Origin: Octopus sinensis
Taxonomy: Eukaryota
Direction of reading: 5' to 3'
Assembly (NCBI RefSeq): GCF_006345805.1
Contig: NC_043008.1
Coordinates: 6,820,001-6,884,000, forward strand
DNA: 64,000 nucleotides
Under the pieces are notes generated by a model. The model had not been told where the DNA came from and did not search any database. It saw only the letters and a list, made by a program, of their open reading frames with translations. The position numbers were made by a program, and so were the translations under genes. Positions 34,839 through 50,767 of the stretch are shown here, piece by piece. Position 1 is the first letter of the stretch. Each line of letters begins with the position of its first letter.

Positions 34839-35391
34839 TCCTATATATATATATATTTATATATATATATATGCAAAGGTGTGTTGTAAGTCCAAAATGT
34901 TGCCTTTTCAGAAAACGAAAAAGTAGTTTCACCAAGCCATTGCAAAACCGTTGTACTACACTTTGGCAACTTTTGACGTTTGGCATCTAAAGCAGCTGGA
35001 TATACGATAGTTTAAGATAATACCAGATAATATAGATAATATATACAACCTTCTCTGCACTGGATCTTGAGCCTACAGTGGACAGTGGAATACGTGCCGG
35101 AGTATACTCCTGTGTGACTTTACGCATACGTTGTGTATTTGGCCATTACTTGAGAATGCATGCGTAACTGGAAGAACAAATCCTTATTTACTTTAGTAAA
35201 GTATTTGAGTGTCCATAGACATTGTTAATGCACAGATACGTTACCCTCGACTCTGCCTTGGTACCTTTATTATTTAAATACCTTGATTCTTTTGGATAAT
35301 GAAAACTATATATATATATATAGTGAATTAACAGTGTGTATGGGCATATATACATACATACACGCATACATACATACATGCATGCATACAT

Positions 35392-35465
<74 letters not shown>

Positions 35466-36233
35466 GTATGTATGTACACACACAAATACACACACATAAA
35501 CAAAGTGGCATTAATAAGGGATTAATAATAAAATGAACCAGGCAAACAAAAATATCCTGTGATAGGTATTGTGCCCCAAGTAATCTGAAATTAAACCCGT
35601 CACTAGTCAAATTTGCGAATTCATGGTTCCTTTACAAAGTTAAGATGGTTTGTTGTTCGATAGTGAAGGAGAAAAGGGAGAGAGAGATATACATTTATTT
35701 CATAGAGGCTTACAGCACTTTCAGATATGCATTTGTGTAGGTTTGTGGTTCAATCTTATCATTCGATCGATCGAATGAAAATGTAAGGAACCGCTACCCT
35801 AAGATATCTTTTACAGAGCCGCTATAAAGTGCAATGACAACGATATCTTAAGGTGTTCGTTCCCTATATTTTCAGCTGTTGAATCGATTGATTGATAAGC
35901 TTGAACCAAGAACTTATCTAAACGCATATCTGAAATACTCAAAGCTTTAAGCGTATAATAAATAAATGTATATAGTCCGATATTTCTGCTGTTTTATATA
36001 TATATATATATATATATAAAACTTAGATAAAACTTAGATATGTTTCGACCAGAGATTGGTCCAGGCCATGTCTAACTTAATAGCACCACCATATATATAT
36101 ACATTTGTACATATATATACATATGTGGATATTTATATTATTTAATGTACACAATATACAGTTATTAAATACTAGAAGTTTCATACATTGGAGGTGCTAT
36201 CTAGGCAGGTTTTAACACACCTTCTATCTCAAT

Positions 36234-36294
<61 letters not shown>

Positions 36295-36439
36295 GAATGT
36301 ATACCTATATATAAGATAATATATATATATATATATATATGAAGTATATATATATATATATATGTATATATATTGTGTGTGTATGTATATATATACGAAT
36401 GTATATATATAAATATATATATATTATTGAGTATATATA

Positions 36440-36471
<32 letters not shown>

Positions 36472-37290
36472 GAATATGTATTACGTATATATATATATAT
36501 TTATATATATATATATATGAATGTATATACATATATACTATATATATATAATGTGGATATATGAATGCAATATATAATATTTATCTATATATATGGATAT
36601 AGGAATGTATACATATATTTACTTATATATAAATATATACACACACACACATATATATACATGTATGTATACATATTGATGGATGGATATATAAGTAGTT
36701 TTGCTGTGGAATGAACCTCAAGGGAAAAAAACCTAGAAATGTCGGAACCACAGTTAAAGTATCAAGTTTTTAAGCTGTTCATGTCGTGTTGGTTGTATTA
36801 AATAATTTCTTAACAGTTGTCAAGTTAATATTAAACGCGGTACAACCATATTATTCCCATCACCACAGCTATCTCATTCGATTCGTTATTAAAATAATAT
36901 ATTTGATTGCATACGTTTTTAAAGAGAAACCATAAGGCAGAAGAAAAGATGATATTTTTGACACATATTTAACAAAATTTATTCGAAAACGACTCGAGTG
37001 TAAAATTGTAAAAATTTCATAAATTTACCTACTCGAATCCGTGAGTAGGTACGTTTAATATTGTTTGGCTATTTTATATTTTATTTGCTTTTTTTTCTTC
37101 TTTTTATTTTTTTTTACTCACTAAACTGGCGATTTTAATGGATGGTTTCATTAATTTTTTCACTTGTTTCTTTTGCCGTTTTAATGAAACGTTTCGTTAA
37201 TTAATGATTAGAAAAATGTAATAAATCTTAATATTGTTTAACTGAGAGCACATTCGACATTTGTGACTAAAGTCTGGAAAATGGGCATCG

Positions 37291-37930
<640 letters not shown>

Positions 37931-38044
37931 GTCTATATCTGACATTTACACACACATATGCTCACACATATACACATACTACAATATATGGTGAGTGTAT
38001 GTATAGGCGTCTCAGCTGGCGTGTCTGAATATAAGTAGGAACGG

Positions 38045-38076
<32 letters not shown>

Positions 38077-38649
38077 ACACACACACACACACACACACTC
38101 ACAGAGAGCAACTGATTTTATGTAGATTAATTAGTATTGCCGATGAGCGGAAACGTTATCGCACGCAAAGAGCAAAATGATACTGCATGTGCAAAAGCCT
38201 TCTTCTAATTACAAATATTGACTGTTAACCATTTCTAACCAATCGGCAAAATAAAGAAAGAAGATATACAAGTATTAAGGTGCGAATAAATTAATGTTCA
38301 CAAGGGATTTCATTTCAAACAATATATTTTCTACAAGAGACGTCGTACCAGTTCGAAGAAGGTTCCAGTCTTAAATATAGCCTTCACGCCAGCCAGAATC
38401 ACAAATAGTTGCACTTATTTCAAAAGAAAGATATTCTACCGTTACCCAATGATTAACGCAGGGATAATGCCAATGTGAAGTGAAGTAATTTTCCTTCGCT
38501 TGCTGTCTTAGCTCCCTTTACAAACAGGAGATTCACAGCTATGACACGGTAATAGATTTCGCCGACCAAGGTTGAACTATGGTGAAACAACAGTAATATT
38601 GATCGCTATAGAAGACTGCCTTAACGCCTCAAAATATCTCTCAAGCGAG

Positions 38650-38874
38650 TTAATTTGAAGAGATTCTCCATACATTTGCAGTGTGTGAATTTATTATTCT
38701 TTAACAAGAATTGTATTGAGCGTGACTTCGAAGTTTGGGCCAGCTAAGCCATCTGACGATTTAATTTGAAGAGATACTCCATACAGTTGCAGAGTGTGAA
38801 TTTATTATTCTTTAACAAGAATAGCATTGAGAGTGACTTCGAAGTTTGGGCCAGCTAAGCCTTCATCTGACGAT
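38650..38874. repeat. Tandem duplication of a ~111-bp unit
   Basis: 38650-38760 and 38761-38874 both start TTAATTTGAAGAGAT and end ATCTGACGAT. Confidence 0.95.
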
Positions 38875-39275
38875 AATTTATCTGGCCGAAACTTCGAAAT
38901 ATCTGTGTAAAAAGCTCTTGAGGTTGATCAGACCAGAAAGCTATCAATGAAATTAAAAACCTAATATATATATATATTATACTTTACAGCAATTTTCGTA
39001 TTCCTTCCCTGCCTGGTACAGTGTGGTCACTACTGAAACAAACTCAACTAAATATTATTTAACTCTTTACCTTATTACTTTGATATACAAATGTCTTCAT
39101 ATACATTTTGACATTTGCCTGAGTTTATATTTATTGTTATGTGTAACTGTCTCTGTTATAAATATTTCCAGACATACATACGCCATTCTCACGACCACAT
39201 AACATCACACACGCAAAACACGTAATGCGTTATACACACTCATGTATATATATATATATATATGTGTATATATAT

Positions 39276-39317
<42 letters not shown>

Positions 39318-39927
39318 ATATATATTAAATTAGAGATAAAACCACTATTAGGCAAATCAACTATGAAAAACTTAAGCCAATACATAAAATTAATTAATTT
39401 ATATTATTTTAAATATATATCAAAATTATTAAAAGTTTAATAAAAGATAATGAGTAATATATATATATTGATAATGATACATATACACATTTATATGTGT
39501 AAGTATTTGTGTGTGCACGTAACATATTCGCTTTAAAGCGGTTTTGAGGCATTAAGTCAGTTGCTGTATAAATCTTTATTTATGGCTGATTTGCTGTAGT
39601 TCAACCCTGGTCGACGAAATGCGTACTCGTGTTGTATCCATGATTCTCCTTTCTCTTTTCCAGACATGGTGTATACGTTATGCAATGTGACCTTTCAAAC
39701 GTTGCTGAATATGATTTGAGGCAAGTTTGGATGTTGTTTCTAGCAGGGCAAACGACCTACCACAAAATAGCTCTCACTTAAGCTCGTTTAAATCGAGATA
39801 TTTCAGATATGTCTCTATGTAACTTCCAGTGTCAGTCAATACCTACGACTCTAAACCGGTATCGAGGTAATGCAATCTATATATTAATCTATAGACCTGC
39901 ACACATGCACAGGAACACACGTGCACG

Positions 39928-39975
<48 letters not shown>

Positions 39976-41052
39976 ACACACACACACACACATTCTTACT
40001 GATTTATAGGAGCATGAACATGCGTACCTTTATGAAAATGTATAAGCGCTATACTGAAAGCTGTCGGCAACATTATATGGTTATTGGTGAAATATATTTT
40101 GCTTCAGGCTTCATGAGAGTTGTTTAATGCTATGATCACCTGCTTCGATTTCGATAGTTTTAAGACATGAAACATGTACTGTAACAGTGATGTTGAACCG
40201 GTTCTAACACTAGTGACATCGCCGACAGCATTATTATTACGAGAGAGAGAGTGACATCATTATCGTATTGAATAGAAATCACTCCATCCAACTCGTTCCA
40301 AGCCTCTTCCTCATCCATCAAATACCTTCTCCTTCCAGCGCGAGCTCTGACATATTCGTGGTTAAACTGTGGAGCGCGAAGCCTAAAGCAACATTTTCGC
40401 AGAGAAAGAGAGAGAGAACGGGGAAAGAAAGGAAGTGGATGGAAGAGAGAGAGAAGAGAGAGAGAGAGGGGGGGGGAGGAAGAAAAGAAAGGGGAGAGAG
40501 GGGGGAAGACCAGAGAAAGTCAGTTGCTGAAAGCGAAAACGAAAGTTAGTTACGTAATTTGTGAGGATCAACTCCACCAGGAGTGGTGATAATAATAATA
40601 ATATAATATAATAATAATAATAATAATAATGAAAAAGTTGAAAATTGTTTGCAATAATAAAGGCTGTTTATTTCACCGTGAATACATCTCTTTCTCTCAT
40701 TATCCTCTTTTGTTTTTGCCCATTTTCTCTATCTATCTTGTATGCGTAATAATAATATAATGATACTAATATACATACGTATATATATATATATATATAT
40801 ATATATTTTTATATTTTTCTGAGAAGGCCGGTTTATAAGGATACCCTGGGTTTCCCACTCGTAAAAGGTTTAACTTTATGGTGTATCGTCAGATACCAAA
40901 GCCTGTTGGCCGATGACCCCTTTGAAATATGGAGGGGAAAAGTCTGGATTATCTCACTTTGCAAATGGCTTTCGACTTCCGACCGTACTGCCAGAGTTCA
41001 GCTGTAAGGGTAAACAGTAAGAGATTATCTTCCTCTCCCATTAGCTATCAAC

Positions 41053-41135
<83 letters not shown>

Positions 41136-41243
41136 CTATCTATCTATCTATCTATGTGTATTGTTGAAATATGTAACAAACATACTTAACATATTTTAAT
41201 TAACCTAAAGTTCTCATATATATATATATAAATATATATATAC

Positions 41244-41533
41244 TGTGGAGGCGGAAGGTCTAGTGGTTAGTGCAGCGGACTCGCGGTTGAGGGATTGCAG
41301 GTTCGAGTCTGAGACCGGGTGACGTCTGTGTGTTTATGAGCGAAACACCTAAGCTCCACGGGGATACGGGAGAAGGTAACGGCAAATCTCTGTTGACTCT
41401 TTCGCCACAACTTCCTTTGACACCTTCCTCACCTGCGACGGATGGCGTACCGTCCAGGTGGGGAACCTATATGCCAATGAAACAGGGATTTGGCCTTTAT
41501 GAGCCAGGCACGGCGCGAGAAGGAACAAACAAC
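41244..41533 (+). mobile_element. SINE-C (Arg-tRNA-like head, V-domain-like body)
   Basis: TAGTGGTTAGTGCAGCGGACTCGCGG..GGTTCGAGTC; CTGCGACGGATGGCGTACCGTCCAGGTGGGGAACC; ends GAAGGAACAAACAAC. Confidence 0.88.
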
Positions 41534-43879
41534 ACACACACACACACACACATATATATGCACACACACGCGTGCCCAAGCACACATATACACATACTCA
41601 TGCACATATGTAGTTGAGTAGTTTTATGAAAAAGTGATAGAGGTACAAACAAAATTATCGACACTCATTCGTATATTGCTAAATCATAAATAACGGAATA
41701 CACAGAGTTGCATATAAAGGGGTCAGTTATAGTGTTTCTGAGCAATGTTGCCGTTATACTAAGCAGAAAGACTCTGAAAGTAAGAAGACTATACAGATTG
41801 TTGTAATTCTTTGAAAGTACATTTTTTACAGCAAAATAGATGCTAGCTTCTTACCTCAGCGGTCAAGTGTGGTATTTTCGTACTAATAGAACAATTTATT
41901 GATCTGTCAAGTTTTCTATGATGCTTGTGCAAAAGTGAGACTTCTACTTATGACATATTGATTAAGAAAATCTTCGAGCACTAATATATCCTTCATTCAA
42001 AATCTCACAGTCGTTTTTTCACTTTTTTCGTGATAAATCTGCAAATGATTTATCTCTCACACTTAAAGATTTTCTTCTTTTTTTTATCTGTCGGCATTTT
42101 TATTATATTTATTTTTAGTGTGTTAGTAAATAGTATTAGTATATTTTTAGTCTGTTATCCAGTGCAAGGCAGGCAGTGTCCATGCTACTCGTAGGCCTTG
42201 CAAGACTGCAAAACGTAGATGTAGTTGTTGTCCACTCAGATCATAATTTGAGAGATTGGTTCGAATACCTAGCAGGATGAAGTCCTGTAAAGATCTAAAA
42301 AAACCCACTAGGTCCATGTAAATTTATTAAAGATATATAAAGTATAAACTGCACATGTGTTAATATATGCATTTCATAATTTCTTTTAAACGTCTTTAAT
42401 AACAAATTCGTAATTATTATTTCACTGACCCCACCACCACTTCCCTGTATTTTGAAAGAAACAGCTATGATATTTTTGGATATTCTTTCTTGGAATACTG
42501 AAAATTGTGCATGACAAATATTTTTCTGTTTTCAATTTTGTTATATTTTCTCAGAGGAAAATCGCATCAAATTGCCACAAGATACAGCTTCTCTGGTTCC
42601 TGCTATTTCGATCATCCTATACATCGTAAAGTTCAGTTATGCCGCCATTTAATATACAATTGATTTCCTGCCGCTTGGTTTTAAGGCTGTTAGCAATGGA
42701 GTTAACATGCAAAATGGCTTTTATGTTTTAAACGCTGGTTTTCAGGATGACATAAAATTAAGTCCTAGAGTGTATCGTTAACATCAAAGGATGGATTGTT
42801 ACCAATCTCCCGAAGCGCAACGTACTTAAAGTACTGTGACTCAACATTTTCTGCTATTTCCAATAACCTTGACATTGCTACGATTCTGTAACTACAATGC
42901 GAAAACAAATCAATGTTTTATCAATATTTATCACCAGATTTACTTATTCATATATATATTTATCAACATATGGATGTTTATGTAAACCAGTGACAATTGT
43001 AATCTCTTTCACAGAATAATTTGTAGATATCTATCTCTATATTATTGTCAAAATTGCGATCCTCGTCTAAAAGTCTGTAGAATGGAGTCGTTTCGTTGTT
43101 TTTTATTCTGCATTTTATATTAGTCAGACAACAATAAATACCAACAACTCCAGAATTACAGCCACGGTTCTGCCTTCAGTTTAGTATAGAAAATCGTTAA
43201 AATATTAAGGGTTGCTAAGCAAATTTACACTGTTGACCAGAAAACATTGAAATTCCATGTCAACTAACTCTTTCATCTAAACAGACTTGATGAATTAAAT
43301 GCTTGTAATAGACTGGCATTGAATCAATCGACTATTGATCCTCCACCTTTTCCCCATACACACGTCATCAGCATCAGTGTTCTGTGGGTCTCCTACTTTG
43401 TCATAATTAATCAATATTTTCCTTCAGTGTATGATTATATACGAGATCGTGTTTTCATTCTATATCCGACGTAGTCTTGAAATTGTCCTACTTTCATTAC
43501 AGTTTAAACCAAACATTCGCTCAGACAAAGTTCATCTTATATTTCACAAACATTGCACACTCTCAACAAATATTACCCTTAATTGCAATTTATTGTTTCT
43601 TTATATTCATATTTATGTTTTATTTAGTATTCGCATTCTTTTTTTTTTTAATTGAATTATTATTATTTCGTTGTTATCTCCATCGGTGATTTATTATTTT
43701 CTTTGTAAGTTTAATGCTCTCTTGGGTTTGGAAAATTCTAGGTTTCTATTATATTGCTCGTTATAACAGTTTTACAATTAAAACTCCCGAGCACACACTC
43801 AAGCCGAAGTAAATAAACAAGAATCGCAGCAAAACACACAAATCTGAGAATATACAACAGATGAAGGTTATGCACACAT

Positions 43880-43924
43880 CAATCTACATACACAACACAC
43901 ATCTGTGCGAATGTACACACACAT

Positions 43925-43969
<45 letters not shown>

Positions 43970-44480
43970 CGTATAGGTACATATGTGTATATATACATAT
44001 GCGTATATATATATATGTATATACATATACGTATATATACGTATATACATATACGTATATATATACGTATATGTATATACCTATACGTGTATATATATAC
44101 ATATGTATACATATATATACCTATATTCATATACGTATATATACACATATACGTATATATATACGCATATATACATGTATATATGTATATATATACATAT
44201 ATACATGTATATATGCGTATATATATACGTATATGAATATATCTATTTATATGTATACCACACACACACATATATATAAAATACAACTATTCATTATACA
44301 TATATGTATATATATATTATATATATACTATATATATATTATATATATACAAGTATACATATATGCGTATATATATATATGTATACAAATACGAATATAG
44401 ATATATATATATATATTATATATATATATATATACACGCACATATAAATATGTATATAGAATGTATATTAAATACAATTG
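43880..44480. repeat. TA-rich compound microsatellite (TATA/TACG/CATA)
   Basis: Direct reading. Confidence 0.93.
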
Positions 44481-44877
44481 GTCTGCTAACGAAATGCTAT
44501 TTGTTACTGTTTTTTTATACACACGCGTACACACACGCGTACACACACACAGACACACACACATCTAGCCAACCCTTTCATTACGCTCCATATCTATAAT
44601 TACCTTAACGTGTTCGCGTAAACTCCTCCAATTCTTTCCATTAATAATTCAATGTGTGTGCGCGCATACGTACATACATACACACATACACACACAAGAT
44701 AATTAGTCACACGCAGACTATATATATATATATATAATATATATATATATATATTATATATATATATATATTATATAAACCTCATAGATTTGTAAATTCA
44801 CGTTGAGGTGAGGTACCTATACACATATATTATACAATATATATATTGGAAAGACAAATGAATGTCTATATATGCAT

Positions 44878-44929
<52 letters not shown>

Positions 44930-44944
44930 GTATAAAATGTAATA

Positions 44945-44981
<37 letters not shown>

Positions 44982-45389
44982 CTACATGTATATATATTAT
45001 ACGTATATGCTTGTGTGTGTGTATGTTGTTGTTGTTGTTGTTGTGTGTGTGTGTATGTGTGCTTGTATACGTCGATGTGTGTGTGTAAATGTTTATAGTC
45101 TACAATCTATCGGAGCTTATGACAAAGTCTTTAGTTCGGTAAATATCCGCATGGCTGATATAATTACTGCGTTTGACATGTTTATGGAGGGTCTTGACTT
45201 CTTTCTAGATCATGCCAAAACAGCAGAGAGACCCTTGCAGTTGTTTGGTAAGCCTTCCTGGACTTAAAACTCCATCCACACATTACTGAGGATTCTACCT
45301 TATCAATATTATGGTTTTAAAGTCTGCAGCGACGGAAATCTGGCGGCTCCTACAAACCTGACAGACTGCAGATAAAACACACAACCAAA

Positions 45390-45391
45390 TA

Positions 45392-45435
<44 letters not shown>

Positions 45436-45849
45436 CGTACGTATATATATATATATACACGTATATCTGTGCATATATATATATATCGAGAAAAAAGGAA
45501 GCAGTCAATATGTGTACACCACTTCAAACTCTCTATATATGTATATATGTATATATATATGTATATATATATATATATGTTTATGTATATGTATATATAT
45601 ATGTGTGTATATATATGTATATATATATATATGTATATATATATGTGCATATATATGTGTATATATATATATATGTATATATATATGTATATATATATAT
45701 ATGTATGTATATATATATATATCGATAGCTAGATGCATACATATACACACACTCACAGATATATATGCGCACGTGTGTATGAATGTATTAAATATATGTA
45801 TGTGTGTGTATGTATATGCATACACACAAACACACACACAAACATATAT

Positions 45850-45906
<57 letters not shown>

Positions 45907-45965
45907 TATATACATATATAATAAATGCATATATATATGTGTGCGTGTATGTATATATAGATATA
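45390..45965. repeat. (TG)n/(TA)n compound microsatellite
   Basis: Direct reading. Confidence 0.93.
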
Positions 45966-46589
45966 GACAGATAGAGAAGCAGACAAATGAATAGCCAGGG
46001 GTGGGGTGGGAGATAGGAGACAGACTTCCGAAAAGATAGACGGATAGATAGACTGGTAGATATGAACGGAAGATAGTTATATATGCGGGTAATAAATATT
46101 TGATAAATATGGCAGCTAATGGCTGTTATCCCGCTCTGTTTATCATATATTAGTTAGATTAGTGTATAACCAGATAAATCCGAATGGATATCGACTAGGC
46201 AATGTATCAGAATGTGTCAAATGTTTATATGATGACAAAACGGACGAATGAAACACCGTTATCTCGTAAAAATATTCATAAATGTATATTTAATGTCTAC
46301 ACGTCGTATGCTATGGCGTTGAATAATGGCGATTGCTGCAAGATATATCCCACGTCCAAAATTGATTGTGTAGTGGGTTGGAAACAAGTATTATCAGCAA
46401 AGAAGTATTATGACTAATTAGAAATAAATCTTGTATTACATAAAATAGACTTATCATGTGACGTATTGATCACTGATTGGCCGATATGCCTGATATATAG
46501 CTGTATCATTATTTTGTATTTCTTTGATGAAATGTAAGCTATCAGAAAGATACTGCAATATAAAATATGACGTAAGGGGATAAACACTG

Positions 46590-46591
46590 AT

Positions 46592-46643
<52 letters not shown>

Positions 46644-46779
46644 TAATAATAATATAAATGATAATAATAATATAAATGATAATAATAATAATAATGATAA
46701 TAATAATAATAATGATATATAATAATAATAACAACAACAATAATATAAATGATAATGAATGTAATAACGACAACGATGA

Positions 46780-46817
<38 letters not shown>

Positions 46818-46850
46818 GTAGTAGTAGTAGTAGTAGTAGCACTAATAGTT
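46590..46850. repeat. (TAA)n - (TTA)n - (TAG)n compound microsatellite
   Basis: Direct reading. Confidence 0.95.
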
Positions 46851-47477
46851 GTAGCATTTGTAATAGCATGGATTAATCGTTGTGGAGGAATAATGGGCTT
46901 AATGGTTGCTGTAGGAATAAGAGAAAAAATGTAGGAGAGGGTAAGACAGGGTACGATGTCGGTAGATGAAGAGGAGAGATATAGACGAACGACGGAGGGT
47001 AAAGTGAGGTTGGGGATAATGGCGTTGATTAGAAGAAATATGGCAAGATAAATGAAGATAATTTAAGACTAACGAAGATGGATAAAGACTACAGATAATA
47101 TAAAAATACCAATGAATGGTGATGACGAGGGATAATGATAATTATTTTTTTGATTGCCCTACAGTGAAAAATAGTGCAATAGATAACCAACTTTCGACAC
47201 AGAACTTCTGTGTTTAGCGACATTGGCGGGGAATGGCAGACATAGAAAGGTAACTTCTTACCTCTAATAGATAGACGTGTACAAGATAAAAGGAAAAGGG
47301 CTTTAATCAGAGATCGTTTTTTCAAGGTACTACGGCTTTTTTGTTTTGACACTGTTAAATTGGATTGTTGTAGTTATTCTAGTATCGACAGGTTACCCCT
47401 TCAGAACTCTCTAGAGTTCGCTGTTTACCCCTATTTTACTTATAGTTTTGCCGGAGAGATTGTATATATTCGTTTCA

Positions 47478-47735
47478 AATCTTGACACAGGGACAACAAT
47501 TTTGAACTCAGAACGTAACGGCAGACGAAATACCTATTTCTTTACTACCCACAAGGGGCTAAATACAAAGAGGACAAACAAACGGATTAAGTCAATTACA
47601 TCGACCCCAGTGCGTAACTGGTACTTAATTTATCGACCCCGGAAGGATGAAAAGCAAAGTCGACCTCGGCGGAATTTGAACTCAGAACGTAGCGGCATTT
47701 CGCCCGGCGTGCTAACGATTTTTCCAGTTCGCGGC
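47478..47735 (-). mobile_element. SINE-A long-tail unit plus internally deleted second unit
   Basis: Junction GAAATACCTATTTC at ~47527-47540. The second unit keeps only the B-box region and a tail remnant. Confidence 0.85.
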
Positions 47736-49575
47736 TTTAGAACTTCAAAATATTGCTTTATAATTTCATTGTTTCGATTTTTTCCTTGGCCTCATTTTAA
47801 TATATTTTACAATAATGGGTATATTTTAGAATAATGCATAACGTTCAACGAATTTTATCGTGATAATTGTGTAAGCTTGAATCTTTGATTTTTATACAAA
47901 CTGGTTCACAAAAGATATTTCTGAATTTTAAATTGAAAATAATCGTTAAATGAAAGACTGCGTATATTCGTTGCTTATCGTTCTTTCATTGCAATGACTC
48001 ACCGACGATGCTGGTGCATTAAAAAAAATTAAAGTTATTTCCTTCTAACCTTCCTAACACTGTTTGTACATTATATAACCGCCTCACCATCTCCAGCTTC
48101 TCCTCACATCTATTCTAACCTTCGCAACAATATCTGCTGTTCTGTTAAGTCTGTATTATATCGCTACGTTACTTTGTAGTATGTAATTGATAGTAATAAG
48201 CCAAATACATTCAAAGCGATGAACTTTACAACATTTACATGAATTTACAGCTAAATTTCTATATTAGTTTCCTATACAATGTCCAAATTAATTTTCTATC
48301 CTGATTATATCGCCAGTCTTGTGTTTCTCTGCTCGTCCAAGCATGGCAGCTTTGTCATTTCCTCTGGCAGTGAATTCTTTGCCAAGAGCAACAATTATAA
48401 TAAAGAAACCACGTAGATTTCCAGCATTTTCTTTACGGCTATTATACTCCGTCTCTAGGGAGTTCGGCGAGGACAATATTCTATTTCTTTTAAGTTGTTT
48501 CAGCCAAGGGACATCACATTCAAGGGACTTTTAATCGATCGGTTAATACGCCTAGACTATTTCTTTGTATCTGTTTCGTATTTTATCTAGCACTATTTCT
48601 TGACACAAGGAGTGCAACTTGCCTCACCGGTAACCATAAACACACATATGCAACAAATGAGTGTGTGTGTGGTTGATTTCCTCACGGTTTCGTCTTTACC
48701 AAAATGCACTCAAATAGCATTGGTCAATCTAAAGTCGAAATAGGAGACACTCACTCGCCCAGTGGTCAGCAGAGTGGAATCAAATTCCGAATCACATGTT
48801 TACGAATGAAAAGTGTTAACCACAAAGCAGAACTTATTACATTTAATTCGTATGTGACACAGTTAACCGCTGTCTTATTGTTTAACAAGAGATAAAGTGT
48901 CAATGAGAGAAAACAGAGATGTGGACTTAGCGTTGAAAGAGATAGATAGAAAGAGGGAGAGAGAGTGAAAGAGTGAGAGTATATATATATATATATATAT
49001 TGGTCTGGAACATTGAGAGAAGTAAATAGAATATGGTATGACAGGATTGTCTTTGAGACAAAGAAAACACGTTTACTCAAAGATAAGAACTTCAAAACAA
49101 ACAAAAGAGAAAAGAAAAAAAAAAACGAAAAATATCTCCTCCCCATCTAAAATATCAAAGTAGAAACTTTGGAAAAGAAAAAATTGAAAATATAAACAAA
49201 AGTAATTACAGAATAGGATGAAGGAAAAAAAAATGGAGAAATGTCTTGTGGAAATGAAATGTTTAGAGACGGTGGTGAAATTCTAACATGGTGACCCGCC
49301 TCTCATTGAGAATAATTTACATACTTGTAAACTAGAGAGGAAAGTTGAAAGAAAAGAGCTGATACAGAATTCTACACACACACGCGAATGTATGTATGTA
49401 TGTATGTATAACTTTGTCTGTCTGTATATCTATGTATGTTTCAAACACACACACATAAATATTTTATTTTCTGTATATAACATATATAATGTTGTATCAA
49501 GGTATTATATTGTAAATATATATGTGGGTGGTTGTGTGTGTGTGTATTTATATATATATATATATGTATTATATA

Positions 49576-49619
<44 letters not shown>

Positions 49620-50065
49620 TATATGTGTGTGTGTACGTATGTATGTATATATGTATATATATGTATGTATGTATGAGTATATATGTATATATATGTATGT
49701 AAGTGTATATATATGTTGTACATATATATATTATATATCTGCGTGTGTGCGTGTATACACACAATAGTTAATGTCACTAGCAGTAGTATTTGTGATATGC
49801 TAAGTAGTAGTAGTAGTTTTTGGTGATTTTGAAATTGTAGTAGTTGTGCCATACTCGCTATGGTTCCCAACAGAAGTATTGATAGAGATTGCCAGTAAAC
49901 TATATCCTCAACTACGACATACCATACACGATATTGGCTTTCAGCTTTGTGATGTTTAAGCTTTAAATATGGCTATCTGAGCGTTTGTCCCTTCTACGCC
50001 GGTTAATAGACTAAAGACCACTTAATAATTGGAGTCAATCCATCACCCGTATTCCCTCATAAAAA

Positions 50066-50290
50066 GGCGGCGAGCTGGCAGAATCATTTACACGCCGGGC
50101 GAAATGCTAAGCAGCATTTCGTCTGTTTTTTACGTTCTGAGTTCAAATTTCACCGAGGTCGACTTTGCCTTTCATACTTTCGGGATCGATGAAATATGTA
50201 CCAGTTGAGAAGAGAGGTCAATGTAATGGACTATCCTCCTTCCCCAAAATTTCAGGCCTTGTGTTTATAATAAAAACGATTATTATTATT
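50066..50290 (+). mobile_element. SINE-A monomer
   Basis: GGCGGCGAGCTGGCAGAATC head, core, TTA-repeat end. Confidence 0.9.
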
Positions 50291-50488
50291 ATTATAGTAA
50301 ACGTAAAAATAGAATGTTTTACGCATGAATTTAGATATTTTTCGGAATGATTCCAGAACCGTTGCTATTAAAAACTTCTCTGCTAGCATAATGTGGTTTA
50401 AAATTTATGATAATCACACTTATAAGAAAATTTTGCGTTTTTCTTTCGATAAGTCCTGCATTAGAATACATTCAGAGTTGGAAATCAT

Positions 50489-50714
50489 TACTCTTTACTC
50501 TTTACTCTTTTACTTGTTTCAGTCATTTGACTGCGGCCATGCTGGAGTACCGCCTTTTAATCGAGCATCTCGACCCCGGGACTTATTCTTTTTGTAAGCC
50601 CAGTACTTATTCTATTGGTCTCTTTTGCCAAACCGCTAAGTAACGGGGACATAAACACACCAGCATCGGTTGTCAAGCAATGCTAGGAGGACAAACACAG
50701 ACACACAAACACAG

Positions 50715-50767
<53 letters not shown>

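Noticed and set aside
35761-35776. 16-bp palindrome ATTCGATCGATCGAAT
   Set aside because: Largely a short (GATC) slippage repeat, with no associated structure.
38273-38640. Possible mariner C-terminus and TIR (FKTGTFFELVRR; TATTAAGGTGCGAATAAAT)
   Set aside because: Part of the supposed coding match (38555-38595) instead matches another repeat seen inverted at ~39598-39622, and no partner TIR was found.
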